A DNA stretch of 64,000 bases from Leucoraja erinacea (lineage: Eukaryota): assembly GCF_028641065.1 (NCBI RefSeq), contig NC_073381.1, positions 69,006,001-69,070,000 of the forward strand, read 5' to 3'. The notes beneath the pieces are model-generated. The model saw only the letters and a program-made list of their open reading frames with translations. It made no database searches and was not told the origin of the DNA. Both the position numbers and the translations under genes were made by a program. Shown in pieces: positions 11,923-24,771 of this stretch (within the stretch, counting starts at the first letter, position 1; each line of letters opens with the position of its first letter).

Positions 11923-12197
11923 ACAACCAGTTTCTGCAGCCTTTCCAATGCCTCCACATCCTTCCTGCATTAGGATAACCAGAAATGCACACAATACTCC
12001 AAATGCAGGCTAATCAAAGTCCTATAACGCTGCATCAGTAAACAGTCAATAACATTGATTCAGCTATGCAATCTAATTTGGGTTGATTAGGATTATGTTA
12101 TCAGTAACAAGAGAACTGAAAATAGAGCAAGGCCTTAATGGAACATGATCTGCTTGACTTATTATTGTATTGGGTGAACACGTTACATTTTATTGGA

Positions 12198-13180
12198 GAT
12201 TCAAATCAATTCAATGTGTCCCAGATAGGACAATGAAATTCTTGCTTGCTGCAGCACAACAGAATATTGTAGGCATAAATATGGAACAGTTCAGTGTGTC
12301 CATATACCATAGAATATATACCATATACCATAGAATATATATATATACACACACACATAGATAAACAGATAAAGTACAATAGGCTGTTATAGTTCAGAGT
12401 TTGTTTGAAGTTGTGTTTAAGAGTCTGATGGCTGTGGGGAAGAAGCTGTTCCTGAACCTGGATGTTGCAGATTTCAGGATCCAGTACCTTCTACCTGATG
12501 GCAGTGGAGAGATGAGTGTGTGGCCAGAATGATGACGTTGGCAGCCTTTTTGAGGTAGCGACTGCGATAGATCCCCTCGATGGTAGGGAGGTCAGAGCCG
12601 ATGATGGACTGGGCAGTGTTTACAACTTTTTTGCAGCCTTTTCCGCTCTGGATGTTCAAGTTGCTGAACCAAGCCACGACACAACCGGTCAGCATGCTCT
12701 CTACTGCGCACCATCAGAAGTTCGAGAGAGTCTTCCTTGACACACCGACTCTCCGTAATCTTCTCAGGAAATAGAGGCGCTGATGTGCTTTCTTTATAAT
12801 TGCATCAGTGTTCTGGGACCAGGAGAGATCTTCAGAAATATGCACAGCCAGGAATTTGAAGTTCTTGACCCGTTCCACCATTGACCCATTGATATGTGGG
12901 ACTGGGGGTCCCCATCCTACCTCTTCCAAAGTCCACATTCAGTGCCTTGGTTTTGCTGGTGTTGAGAGCCAGGTTATTGTGCTGGCACCATTTGGTCAAT
13001 TGGTCGATCTCACTTCTATACTCTGACTCGTCACCATTAGTGATTCGTCCCACAACAGTGGTATCGTCAGCGAACTTGATGATGGAGTTCGCACTATGTC
13101 CGGCTACGCAGTCATGAGTATAGAGTGAGTACAGCAGAGGGCTGAGCACACAGCCTTGAGGTGCTCCCGTGCTGATTGTC
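12198..13180 (-). mobile_element. Rex1/Babar-clade LINE, 5'-truncated RT plus 3' UTR
   Basis: TISTGAPQGCVLSPLLYSLYTHDC...IIKFADDTTVVGRI and KKAHQRLYFLRRLRR, frameshifted across ORFs 12832..13347, 12714..12938 and 12474..12695. Confidence 0.9.
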
Positions 13181-13764
13181 AGGAACATCTCAACAAACTG
13201 GATGTAAGTTTTTGCCAATAGAGTTATGAACAAATTGGAAAGCAAACCTATTTGGAAAAAAATATATATATTTTTTTTAACAACCATCAAAACAGAAGTA
13301 GCGGATTTACCAGGAAATTCAATTATAGAGGTGTTACGAGTCGTCATCGTGACCCAAACATTTACAGGCTATATCACACATGTGTTATTGAATGAATCAC
13401 AGAACCAGGAATGTTTCCAGTGCAGAAGGAGTCATGTGCTTCTAATCTGTAACAAAATCTAATCTAACATCCCATGCTCTGCGACACCATTGGTCTTATT
13501 TAAACGCAACTTCGCACTCTCTTAGTGGCAGCTTTAAATTTATGACCTCTTGTCACTGGCTTCCCAACGAGGAGGAAAATGTGTTACTTTTCTTTCTATT
13601 CACTCTCTTGGAACGTTCATAATTTAAACAAAGATCCCCATTAAATTTCCATTCAGTTTTCCGCATTCCAATATCTCAAGTCTTTCCTCCTAATTATTTG
13701 TTTTCCATTTCTGGACAAGCCAAACTGTTTTGTCTGTAGTTTTAATGTTTTTTCTAAAACATTA

Positions 13765-14105
13765 TATAAAGTGTATAAAATCATGAGTCAAATGGATAGG
13801 GTTAATGAACTTATCTTTTTACCCACCTCAAAAGTAAGAGGACATGAGGACCAAAGTGAGATGGAAGAGATTTAATAGGAACCTGAGGGGCAACTTCTTT
13901 ATTCAGAGGATGGTGGGTATATGGAATGAGCTGCCGGAGGAGCCAGTTGAGGCAGGTACTATAACAGCATTTAAAACGCATTTAGACAGGTACATGAATA
14001 GGAAAGGTTTATGCAGATATGGGCCAAACACAAACAAATGGGACAAGCTTAGATGGGGTGTCTTGGTTGGCATGAGTTGGACGATTTTCTGTGCCGTATG
14101 ACTCC
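13765..14105 (+). mobile_element. CR1 3' fragment
   Basis: RFNRNLRGNFFIQRMVGIWNELPEE. Confidence 0.82.
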
Positions 14106-14356
14106 ATGGGTTTAAAAATAAAACTGGATACTCCAAAAATAGCATACTCAATGCTGTGTTTAAAAGTTTACTTACTTTCTTACTTTATTCTGGTTCTCAG
14201 TGACCCTATTTATTAAAAATAAAAAAGGTTGTTTGACCTTATTCCATGACTTTATCTACTTGTAATGCATTTGAAATCATTACATTTCACTCGTAATCCA
14301 TGGCTTTTGATGTATTTCCAATGTGTTTACTTCCATTATTTTAGTTTCCTCACATA

Positions 14357-15454
14357 TCTATACATAACTAAAACTCTGATCTTGTTATCTTCCGTTTTGG
14401 CAGTCATTCTATTTGCACAAAAACGGTACGCGACAGCGCTACAATTTTTCTCCAGCTTACTCATAGTTCTCCTGTGCTGCGATTGCACCAAGTTTCGTTC
14501 TGATCGGTAGAAGCTGGTAAGTTATCGAGGTTTAAAAATCTTAAAAACCACACGTGCGCAGATCGAATCCCTCTCCTGCCATTCGATGCCTCGCAGATTG
14601 GTCCCTTCTACTGTCACTCTGCAGGACGGCCCGCCCCTTCCAGTGCCATCACTGCAGCGTCTTTACTGCAGCTGCGGGAGGCTCTGAATATCCGGCGGAG
14701 GTCTCCAACCAGACACAATTTTCAGAGGGCGGTATTGGAATCGGCTCGACCCAACCCAGCCCAGCCTAGCCCAGCCAGTGGGGAGTCAGAGATGGAAAGC
14801 AGAGATTCTGATCCCGGCGGAGGAGAACGACCAGTGAAGCGACCAGGGACCAGCTGCCCGCTGTGATTCCCCATCGCACCCCCAACCCATTCCTCTCTGG
14901 TCCTTATCGCTGGCTCCTGCCCCCATCCCTGTGATACCTACTCTCCCCCATGGCTCTTTCCCCGTCTTTTCTCCGAGCTCTCCCCCCCCTTCCACCCTGC
15001 CCCCACACCCCTCCCCCCCCCACCCCATACTCCTCCCCCCCCACACCCCCCCCCCCCCACACCCTCCCTCCACCTACACACCCTCCCCCCCACACACCCC
15101 TTGCAGCCCTCCCAATGACCACGCACACACCCCTCTCCCACACACCTCCCCCCCCCCCCCCCACCTACACACCCTTCCCCCCCCACCCCCCCCCCCCCCC
15201 ACACATACCCCCCCCACAACCCCTCTGCCCACACATATCCCTCTCCCACGCACCCCTCCCTCACACACACCCCTCCCCCCCACAAACCCTCCCTGCCCAA
15301 TCACCCTCTCCCCCACAACAACCCCCCGCCCACACACCCCACAACCAGTCCCCTGCACAATGCCCCCCACAACACCACTCTTTTGCAAATGCTCAGCATG
15401 TTGGGCAAAAGATGTGCAGAGAGAAACTGAGTGAATGTTTTGGGCAATAGCTCG
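14357..15454 (+). mobile_element. Candidate non-autonomous Helitron with internal C-rich tract
   Basis: A|TCTATACATAACTAAAA 5' end and GCTCG|T 3' end. The 3' end is preceded by ctgagtgaatgttttggg, a possible CpG-decayed hairpin. No TSD; CpG-rich interior. Confidence 0.5.
14930..15375. repeat. C/A-rich low-complexity tract (G-rich on the minus strand)
   Basis: Many C runs separated by a/aca/t. Confidence 0.92.
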
Positions 15455-15874
15455 TTCATCGTTGGTGCAGATGTCACTTCTGATCTGATTACTTTTCTGT
15501 TTCTGTAGTCAGGCTCCAACTTTTGTTCCACGATGTTGATGAAATCCGAAATTCTAGAAATCCTTCACCAAGTCTTATTCAACCATTTTGTGTTCTCCCC
15601 AACTAATATTGTATTCTGACCCTCCAGTGACTCAGACTTACTTCATCCATCTTTGCATTTAAACACATGCATGGCTATGTTCTTCTCTAATTCCTTGAAG
15701 TAATGTCAACCCAAGAATCTTTACGCATCTGACTCTGGATGTTGTATCCTTCATCTTACAACTGGTGGTAATGTATTCAATCATAATCTCAAATTAACTG
15801 CCCAAATCCATCCTGCTCTCCAGATCATAATCTATTCACAACCAGATTCAGACATACGTGCCATATAGGTAATA

Positions 15875-16135
15875 CATCCCAGCTGCCTCCCAGAGATCAC
15901 AACTATCACAGAAGCCAGTCTTTGTGCAATTTGATTAATTCCATATGATATCAAGAAATAATGAATAGCATAGGAAACACCAAAAGGCTATGAAACTAAA
16001 CAGCAATCCAGGTGAAGTATGCTTCTTGACTATATCTATACCGTCAGATATACCGTTTCAAATCAGTTACAACAATATGAACAATTGTCCGAGCTTATCC
16101 TATTCACAAAAAGCAGGAAAAATCCAATCTGAATA
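15875..16135 (+). mobile_element. Highly degenerate LINE RT fragment
   Basis: atcacagaagccagtc...tgatatcaagaaa...aaaaggctatg...cctattcacaaaaagcaggaaaaatccaat (P-x-H-K-K motif region). Confidence 0.5.
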
Positions 16136-16483
16136 ATTGTTACTAATACATATACAGAGGGATAAAGGTGGGAGGGGGAAACATTCTGATATATGCAGCC
16201 AAAATTTTGGCTGCATATATCTCAGAACAATGAGACTGTTCACAAATGTCAGTGGTAAGCAGTTCAGAGGAAGAATCTCCAGTCTGATTGAAGGGACAAT
16301 GGTTCACAGACGTTTCAGAGAATAGGCATTCTATTATGACATCCCACAAACAAGGTGAGAAGTAAAAGGGTCAGAACAATATGCTCTAATGAGTTAATAT
16401 TAATTGAATTTGTCAGAGACAACACTATTGGGAGATATGAGACTGCAGGTTCTAGGAAATGTAACATTTTTAAGGTAAATCAA

Positions 16484-16640
16484 AGATAGACACAAAATAT
16501 TGGAGTAACTCAGCAGGACAGGTACCATCTCTGGAGAGAAGGAATGGGTGACGTTTCGGGTCGAGACCCTTCTGAAGTCTGAAGAAGAGTTTTGTGTCTC
16601 TTCGATTTAAACTAGCATCTGCAGTCTCTTTCCTACACAG
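16484..16640. mobile_element. PLE fold-back repeat inside a degenerate CR1
   Basis: agatagacacaaaatattggagtaactcagc...gggtgacgtttcgggtcgagaccc, then the inverted arm ttttgtgtctcttcgatttaaactagcatctgcag. Confidence 0.75.
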
Positions 16641-17242
16641 ATTTCAAGGTGATGCTATTTATCAAATTGTGGAATGGTCCGAACAGGAGTGGATTGAGTT
16701 AAATGCTTTTAATAAGGACTGCATGGCAATGTGGGGACATTTCCAAAGCTCTGACGATCCCATACAGGATGCCACTGCGGGCATTATTAACGTCAGATCA
16801 CCACTGTAGCCAGAGTAGAACAAAGCAGGCTGGCTCAGCTGTGACAGAGTTGGAAATAATCCAAAAAAGGAGAGTCAGAGGAGATGACTTAGTCACTTCA
16901 AAAGAGATATTAGGAAAGAGGAAAGGTCTGATGTCCATAGGAAATTAGGGAGTATGCCGGGATGCATGATAATCTTAAAGCAGAGACAAAAACATCGAGA
17001 GCCTTCAAAACAACTGAAGTAGAGATTGTTGTAACTAAATCCATGGTAACAAGTAATTGCTTTAATGGAGTGCAAGATTACAATGATGACAGTTACTGAT
17101 AAGAGTTATTTGCTTGCGTGATAATAATTAAGTCAGTATTGTAGGGTGTACATGTGAAACTAGATGATACTGGTCAAGCATGTATAAATACAATTATTCA
17201 CAATTCATATATATTGAAGCAACAGAATATGGGAAGTGCAAG

Positions 17243-17544
17243 GTTTAGTTTAATTTAGTTTAGAGATACAGCGTGGAAACAGGCCCTTCAGTCCATCAAG
17301 TCTGCACCGACCAGCGATCCCCGGGCATTAACACTATCCTGCACACACTAAGGACAATTTACACACATACCAAGCCAATTAACCTACAAACCTGTATGTC
17401 TTTTGAGTGTGGGAGGAAACCGAAGATCTGAGAGAAAACCCACGTGGTCATGGGGAGAACGTACAAGCTCCGTACAGACCGCACCCGTAGTCGGGATTGA
17501 ACCCGGGTCTCCAGCGCTGTAAGGCAGCAACTCTACCGCTGCAC
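17243..17544 (-). mobile_element. HE1-type tRNA-derived V-SINE
   Basis: Minus strand has a tRNA head (gcggtagagttgctgcc...gggttcaatccc), the V-domain ggtttcctcccaca, and the CR1-like tail gggcctgtttccacgctgtatctctaaactaaa. Confidence 0.9.
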
Positions 17545-17999
17545 GATAGGGTATGAGACTAAATGTTTAAAAGGCCCATCAGGAGAAGTGATCCACTTGA
17601 ATTATCAATGTCTGAAATGGAGACTTCATAGAAGAGACCAAAAATTGGGGGAATTTATAATTGATTAAATTTAACGCTGTATGTTGATATAAACATTTAG
17701 CTATTATTTTAAAGAGAGACACAAGAAACTGCAGATGCTGGAATCTTGAGCAAAAAACAACAAATGCTGGAGGAACTCAGCGGTTCAGGCAATAACTGTA
17801 GAGTGAATGGATAGGCGACACTTTGGGTCAAAGCACTTCCTCTGGACTGAAAGAGTGGAGGGGCAGACAGCCAGTAGATGGAGGTGAGGGGGGTGGCGGG
17901 AAGGAGAGGGGGCAAGTGCTGACATGAGATTGCATTCTGATGAAGGATCCTGACCGGAAACATCAACTGTCCATTCCCTCCACAGATGCTGCCTGACCT

Positions 18000-20177
18000 A
18001 GCAGGGGACCGGGGGTCAAATGAGATGGAGGAATTGAGTGAAATCCAGGTTAGCCGGGACATGGTGTTAGGTAAATTGAATGGATTAAAGGCTGATAAAT
18101 CCCCAGGGCCAGATAGGCTGCATCCCAGAGTACTTAAGGAAGTAGCCCCAGAAATAGTGGATGCATTAGTGATAATTTTTCAAAACTCTTTAGATTCTAG
18201 AGTAGTTCCTGAGGATTGGAGGGTAGCTAATGTAACCCCACTTTTTAAAAAGGGAGGGAGAGAGAAAACGGGGAATTACAGACCAGTTAGTCTAACGTTG
18301 GTAGTGGGGAAACTGTTAGAATCAGTTATTAAAGATGGGATAGCAGCACATTTGGAAAGTGGTGAAATCATTGGACAAAGTCAGCATGAATTTATGAAAG
18401 GTAAATCATGTCTGACGAATCTTATAGAATTTTTCGAGGATGTAACTAGTAGCGTGGATAAGGGAGAACCAGTGGATGTGTTATATCTGGACTTTCATAA
18501 GGCTTTTGACAAGGTCCCACATAAGAGATTAGTATACAAACTTAAAGCACACAGTATTGGGGGTTCAGTATTGATTTGGATAGAGAACTGGCTGGCAGAC
18601 AGGAAGCAAAGAGTAGGAGTAAACGGGTCCTTTTCACAATGGCAGGCAGTGACTAGTGGGGTATCGCAAGGCTCAGTGCTGGGACCCCAGCTATTTACGG
18701 TATATATTAATGATTTGGACGAGGGAATTGAATGCAACATCTCCAAATTTGCAGATGACACGAAGCTGGGGGGCTGTGTTAGCTGTGTGGAGGATGCTAG
18801 GAGGCTGCAAGGTGACTTGGATAGGCTGGGTGAGTGGGCAAATGCATGGCAGATGCAGTATAATGTGGATAAATGTGAGGTTATCCACTTTGGTGGCAAA
18901 AACAGGAAAGAAGGCTGTAGCGGCAGATTTTTCAGATCTTTCAGGAAATTAACTCCCTAGCCACTAATTGGGTGAGAGGGGATAAGGGGAATATCTTTGG
19001 TACGCATGCAAGCTGCCTCAGAGACTTTCAGAGCTTCTACTTTCATAAAGCTTCAGCACAGTATTTTAATGAATATTTTCTTTATCGTAGATATAAAACA
19101 GTAAGATACATCCAAGGTTTTCCGACTTGTTCCAGCAATCTTCTTCGAACTCCAGCGCATTGCTTCAGATACTAGAAAACTGCTCGTGTCTTCTTCTTCA
19201 CATGAGGCTAGACATGCTTAACATGGCTTGACATGGTCGAAGGATAAACCTTCTCCCTCTCCTGTCCAAAACGAATCCTCAACTAAACTAACACGCAAGC
19301 AGTTAAGCTGCATAAACACGCCCCAAGACACGTCATAAAATCCCACCCACATTATAACGGGCTGGCTAAAATTTAAAGGAACATGCCATCCACAATGACA
19401 TGCAAAATAGGCCAAATGGCCACTACAAAGGCTATTATCTGAATGATGGCCGATTCGGAAAGGGGTAGATGCAACGAAACCTGGGTGTCATGGTACACCA
19501 GTCATTAAAAGAAGGCATGCAGGTGCAGCAGGCAGTGAAGAAAACAAATGGTATGTTAGCATTCATAGCAAAAGGATTTGAGTATAGGAGCAGGGAGGTT
19601 CTACTGCAGTTGTACAGGGTCTTGGTGAGACCACACCTGGAGTATTGCATACAGTTTTGGTCTCCTAATCTGAGGAAGGACATTCTTGCCATAGAGGGAG
19701 TACAGGGAAGGTTTACCAGACTGAATCCTGGGATGTTAGGATTTTCATATGAAGAAAGACTGGATAGACTCAGTTTGTACTCGCTAGAATTTAGAAGATT
19801 GAGGGGGGATCTTATAGAAACTTACTGGACAGGCTAGATGCAGGAAGATTGTTCCCGATGTTGGGGAAGTCCAGAACAAGGGGTCACAGTTTAAGGATAA
19901 GATGAAAATCTTTTAGGACCGAGATGAGGAAAACATTTTTCACACAGAAAGTGGTGAATCTCTGGAATTCTCTGCCACAGTAGGTAGTTGAGGCCAGTTC
20001 ATTGACTATATTTAAGAGGGAGTTAGATGTGGCCCTTGTGGCTAAAGGGATCAGGGGGTATGGAGAGAAGGCAGGTACAGGATACTGAGTTGGATGATCA
20101 GCCATGATCATATTGAATGGCAGTGCAGGCTTGAAGGGCCGAATGGCCTACTCCTGCATTTATTTTCTATGTTTCTA
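18000..20177 (+). mobile_element. CR1 LINE, 5'-truncated, RT domain to 3' tail; probable 6-bp TSD TGACCT
   Basis: [39 protein letters not shown] motifs and a (tttctatg) tail. TGACCT at 17994-17999 and 20178-20183. Confidence 0.95.
18916..19427 (-). mobile_element. Solo LTR (512 bp) with TG...CA ends and 5-bp TSD AAGGC
   Basis: AAGGC|TGTAGCGGC...GCCACTACA|AAGGC. Removing it restores aacaggaaag-aaggc-tattatct, matching the sister CR1 at 58041-58060. ATTAAA on the minus strand near 19065 suggests the orientation. Confidence 0.88.
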
Positions 20178-21014
20178 TGACCTGCTGAGTTCCTCCTGCA
20201 CTTTGTTACTTTTGCTCAACACTTGTCATCAATTAACGATTTGGATGAGTTTATTACAATAATAAAACTGTATTCCTGAGAACCGAATGTACCATGCGGG
20301 CGTAACTTTGGTAGCAGTCACAAATGTGAGTTGAAAGTTTACACATGCACCAAGCCAATTAACCTACAAACCTTCAATAATGGATGTTATAATGATAGCA
20401 CTATCTCTGTTATTTGCTTAAGAAAACAGAAACTCCGAAGAGTCTCTGTGCACAAAATGAATGTTATTTGTCAATGAGTTTATGGATTAAAACAAGAAGA
20501 AGATGAAGCTTGCAATAATTGGAGTCTCTTGACTGGTGGGAAGGTGTGAAGCAGTAACAAAAATAACATAAATTATTGGTGGAAGTATTCTTGATTGAGA
20601 TTAAATAACCAAGAACACTCCATTTAACTTGGACAATGGGAGATTTGAGTTGGAGATGGGGACGGTAATGCCATGGCTTCAAGAGAGATAGCGATTACAG
20701 AAAATGGCAATGAAGATTTCAGTTTCTATGTGAAACTTGATCATGAACTTGTTGATTCAGTCTTAGTTTTTAGGCTAGAATTCATTGCCTGTATGCTATA
20801 TGTTTTAGGCTAACATTCGTTTTGAATTGGCATTAACTTGCAAGGTTTCAAGGTATATCTGCAAACAATTTCAATGTATTCAACAATAGCAAAATCTCCA
20901 CTTTGGTTTAAAATGGCTTCAGAGCAGGTTCATATTTATTTACTTTTAAGTCTCTTATTTTGAATATAATTTCCTCTCACTCTCCTGAAGTTATTCTGTA
21001 CTATTCAACTAGAA

Positions 21015-21485
21015 ACAAAGAACTGCAGATGTTTGTTAATACACAAAAGGACACAAAGTGCTGGAGTAACTCAGCAAATCAGGCAGCATCTCTGGAGGAC
21101 ATGGGTAGGTGATGTTTCAGGTCGAGACCCTTCTTCAGATTCCACAAGATGGCGGCGCAGGCAAGTGTTGAGGAAACACATGTGGCTGTGGTAGTGTGTC
21201 CGGGTGAGGACACGGTCGTAGAGCAGGAGAGCAGCAGGAATGACAGAGGAATGGTAGTGAGAGAGGGTCTCACAGAAGTCCCATGGGAGAGATGCAAAGA
21301 ACCTCTTTATAGTTATACCTTGAGGAGAATTCTCAGTGAAGCAGTCAAAATGTAAAAACAAAGAACTGTAGATGCTGGTTAATATACAAAAGGACACACA
21401 GTACTGGAGTAACTCAGCAGGTCAGGCAGCATCTCTGGTGAACATGGATAGGTGACGATTCTGGTCAAGAACCTTAATTCAGTAT
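21015..21485 (-). mobile_element. Mini PLE: two direct terminal repeats flanking the probable ORF N-terminus
   Basis: Direct repeats at ~21015-21140 and ~21358-21482. The middle reads LLLYDRVLTRTHYHSHMCFLNTCLRRHL on the minus strand (HxxFLxxCL, resembling PLE N-termini). Confidence 0.68.
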
Positions 21486-24400
21486 TTTCTATATTGAGGA
21501 GCAGGTCAGCTCTGCGGCCTAGCAGCAGCTGAGTGAGTGAGCAGACTGAGCGCAGCCTGCAACAACTGCTCAGAGCGGCGGGGAAAGGCACTGGCAGCAT
21601 CACGCTGGGCAGCCCGACCCCTGCATCATCGATCCAGTTCCACCAGGACATCAGAGTTTAAAGTAGTGCATTTAAGAGGCTTTTAGATAAGCACATGGAA
21701 TGAAGGGATATGTATCATGTGCAGGCAGATGAGAGTAGTCTAGCTTTGCATCGTGTTCAACATAGACTTCGTGGGCCAAAGGGCCTGCTCCTGTGCTGTG
21801 TTTTTCTATGTTCAATGTTCTAAAATATGAAATTGCATATTTCCTTAGGCCAAGATCAGGCTTTTCCGTGGCTTTAGATTTGAAAGTTGCAGGATGGTGC
21901 TGGAACGTAGCTGTCCCAGAATGGGATCTATTTACACTAATAGATCCTATTTACAAGTAAAAACACATCTTTTAATTGCGTTTGATTGTAGTCCTGTGTA
22001 GTGTGATTTGGCGGGATAGCAGGTAGAACAGGCTTTTGTCCCTTTACAGTACATGTGACAAAATAAACAAAGCTACACTAAACTAAGCTTGATAAATGTG
22101 TACATCTGACCCTAAGGTTAAATGGCTAGCCTAACATTTAACCCCAGTGCACACAGTAAAGGTCTGGACCTCAGCATCGGGAAAACCGCAGACCTGAACC
22201 GGTGTCCTCCGTGACTCAGCTCATTAGCACTGCCGCGGAACGGCTGAAGTTTCTTTTGTCTGATAAATATAATCAGTGCGTGCGTTCAAAACTCAGGGAC
22301 ACAGCTTCAGGCGAGATAGGTCGCTGTAGTTTTGGAAATAAATTAACAATTGTTTGTTTCAACCTGCTGCTGATAATTTAACCTTATTTAAACAGAAGCC
22401 ACAATAGAAAATACAATTACAGCATTTCAACACTCAGTGCATTAAGAGGTGCGTGGAAGTGTGAGGTATAATTACATGGTGTTCTGGAATAACTAACAAT
22501 TCAGAATAATATGGCGTACTACTCATAAATGTCGCCATTCCTGCAATATCAAACACAATGACAACACATTATAAATCGTGTTCCAATCTATTTTGCAAAG
22601 CAGAATGGAATTCTGCGCCGTGGAAAGTCTGGAGGACAGCGTTCTAATTACATTGCTATCGCAAGAGTCTGTGGAGATCTTTGTTTGGGTGTGAGCAATT
22701 ACCAGTCTTTCCGATTTGTTATTTTATTTATGTTGTTCCTGATGTCCTTCATTAGGTGCTCCCCTGGGCTCTGCCTCATAAGCTCTCATTGTCTGCAGAA
22801 CGCCTGCTGCTCCGCTTGTAACTGCGCTCCGTCCTTTCATGTTTTCTGGTCAGAGCCCCAGGATGTCAGCAGGCTTGCTGCTGTTTTACTGGGCCACTGG
22901 AGCAGTTGGCAGCCACTGGTTCCCTCTCGGGAATGCTGGACTGGAAAGTGAAGCCAGCCAAGCATAGTGCAATTTACATCTGATTGATGAAGGCTTGAGC
23001 AGCGCAGAAACAATTAATTTATACCAGGGTTCCTGTGGACCTCAAACCTGAGGATTTTATTTTCTCCCCCTCAGCCCACCTCCCCACTCCCCCTCGGCCC
23101 AGCCTCCCCATCGATCAAGTCGTCTACTTTATGCACAGGCTACCTGAGACACAAATTAATCAGAATATTTACACTGGACATTTTGGCAATTAATACAAGA
23201 ATTGCAATTTTATTGTACAGTTACTAAACTGAGGCAATCCTGCCATTTTGAACTTCAAACATTCAAGTGATGTGCTTGTCCATGAGAATGGGTTTAGTTC
23301 ACATTTGGTACTGTGTTAGAATGACAATATCCTGTGTAGAATAATTGTCTACTTTGAACAAATATAACAAAACTCTGATGATCTGACATCCAATTGTTTG
23401 GAAATCCTGAGCCTTTTGTTCCACAGTGTGAGCTTGGATCAGGGTGCGTGTGTAGAGCTAAAAAAGGCCAGGGTCAGGGTTCACACCAAGGGCCAGGTGT
23501 GCAGCAGAGTCGTGGACATGATGGGGAGCACTGTGAGGAACATGGGCTGGTTTGCACAGGCTCTGGATCTCCGGTATATTTCTGGCTCCCTTTCAACTCT
23601 CCAGGTTCAATGGAGTATATATTATACTCAGCTCCTTTTCTTGTGACAGTACACCCCGATACAGTTCAAGTTAAATGCCATTATTTCATTTTCTGACCAT
23701 GAGGCATGTGTAGAACATAGAAAAGAACAGCACAGGGGCAGGCTCTTCAGCCCACAATGTCTGTGCCGGACATCATGACAAGATAAACTAACCTCATCTG
23801 CCTGCACAAGATGCATATCCCTTCTTTTCCCACATAGTCATACACCTATCTCAAAACCTCCTAAACGCAACCATCATAAGTTTATGAATCAGGCATACCA
23901 GCACATTTTTGTGTACAAAAAGTGATGATTATACCAATATGCAATATCTTAAGAAAAAGTGAAATAAAAGTGTGTTTTGGGTGTTATTAGGTGCTACATC
24001 CTAATTGTTTTTCATATTGGATAAATACATTTTACTATAAACTTAAAAGGAAATTATATTGGCAACGAGAATTTGATGTGCATTTTATTTATTTGGGATG
24101 GTCAAAATCATATGTGCAACCAGATTTTACATGTATCAGCTCAAAGTCCTTTCGGAAAGAGAAAGAGGTGCTTTAATTGTACTGCTGAACTGCTGAAGTG
24201 CAAAGTTAAGAGTGTGTGAATTTATTTATAAAGCCCTTTTATTGCTCTGCAAACTACTGAGGATGTTTCCATCACTGCTGGGAGCACCTGGAATTACCAA
24301 GGTTTTCTACAGTAGTGATATGTCTTTGATGTTGTACAGCATGCTCCAGAGATAGAAGATATGAGGATGATAATGCTCAGCAGTAATGTCATGTGGGATT

Positions 24401-24771
24401 GTTCTCTCTTTTGTTTCTTCTGCATATATGTGGGGTTTTTACCTTTAAAGATCAACCAAATTCCCCAAATGATATTCATTTAGCTACAAGAAAATAAAAA
24501 TGAAAACCTCCCTTAATTCAGTACATGTTCCTCTTGCTTTATTTTGTTCAGATTGTTTAAAAATGGTTTGTGTTAGCATTATTTTTGGAATGAGGGTTTA
24601 ATTTACAGAAGCTGAAGAGACCAGCATTGAGAGTGATAGAATCAGATTAAAACTTTTCCTGACTTCATATTTGAAGTATATTTTTTGTTATTATCAATAA
24701 CTTTGCCCCAGTATCATGGAATAGCACTACGATCATTTCGGATGAGTCGGAAATTTTAATATTGAATTCAA

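Larger units (their letters stand above)
10670..12035 (-). mobile_element. Older CR1 3' fragment carrying a nested CR1 (11018-11555) and a PLE fold-back (11638-11922)
   Basis: acaggaacaggcctttcggccc tail on the minus strand. The sequence resumes at ttccagagaaaacaatcc and again at tctgcagcctttccaatgcc. Confidence 0.75.
17716..20220. mobile_element. PLE fold-back repeat split by a CR1 insertion
   Basis: Left arm 17716-17850. The right arm ctgatgaaggatcctgaccggaaacatc...gctgccTGACCT resumes at 20178 with TGACCTgctgagttcctcc. Confidence 0.78.

Noticed and set aside
14786-15531. Pro-rich and Gly-rich ORFs of up to 167 aa
   Set aside because: Open in most frames only because the C-rich tract lacks stop codons.
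17986-18960. Intact 324-aa reverse transcriptase gene
   Set aside because: It is a 5'-truncated CR1 without an endonuclease. The start codon comes from the host PLE repeat and the C-terminus from the LTR.
22685-22951. Possible host exon after ...tctgcag at 22798
   Set aside because: No recognisable protein similarity and no convincing splice donor. RNA-seq would be needed.
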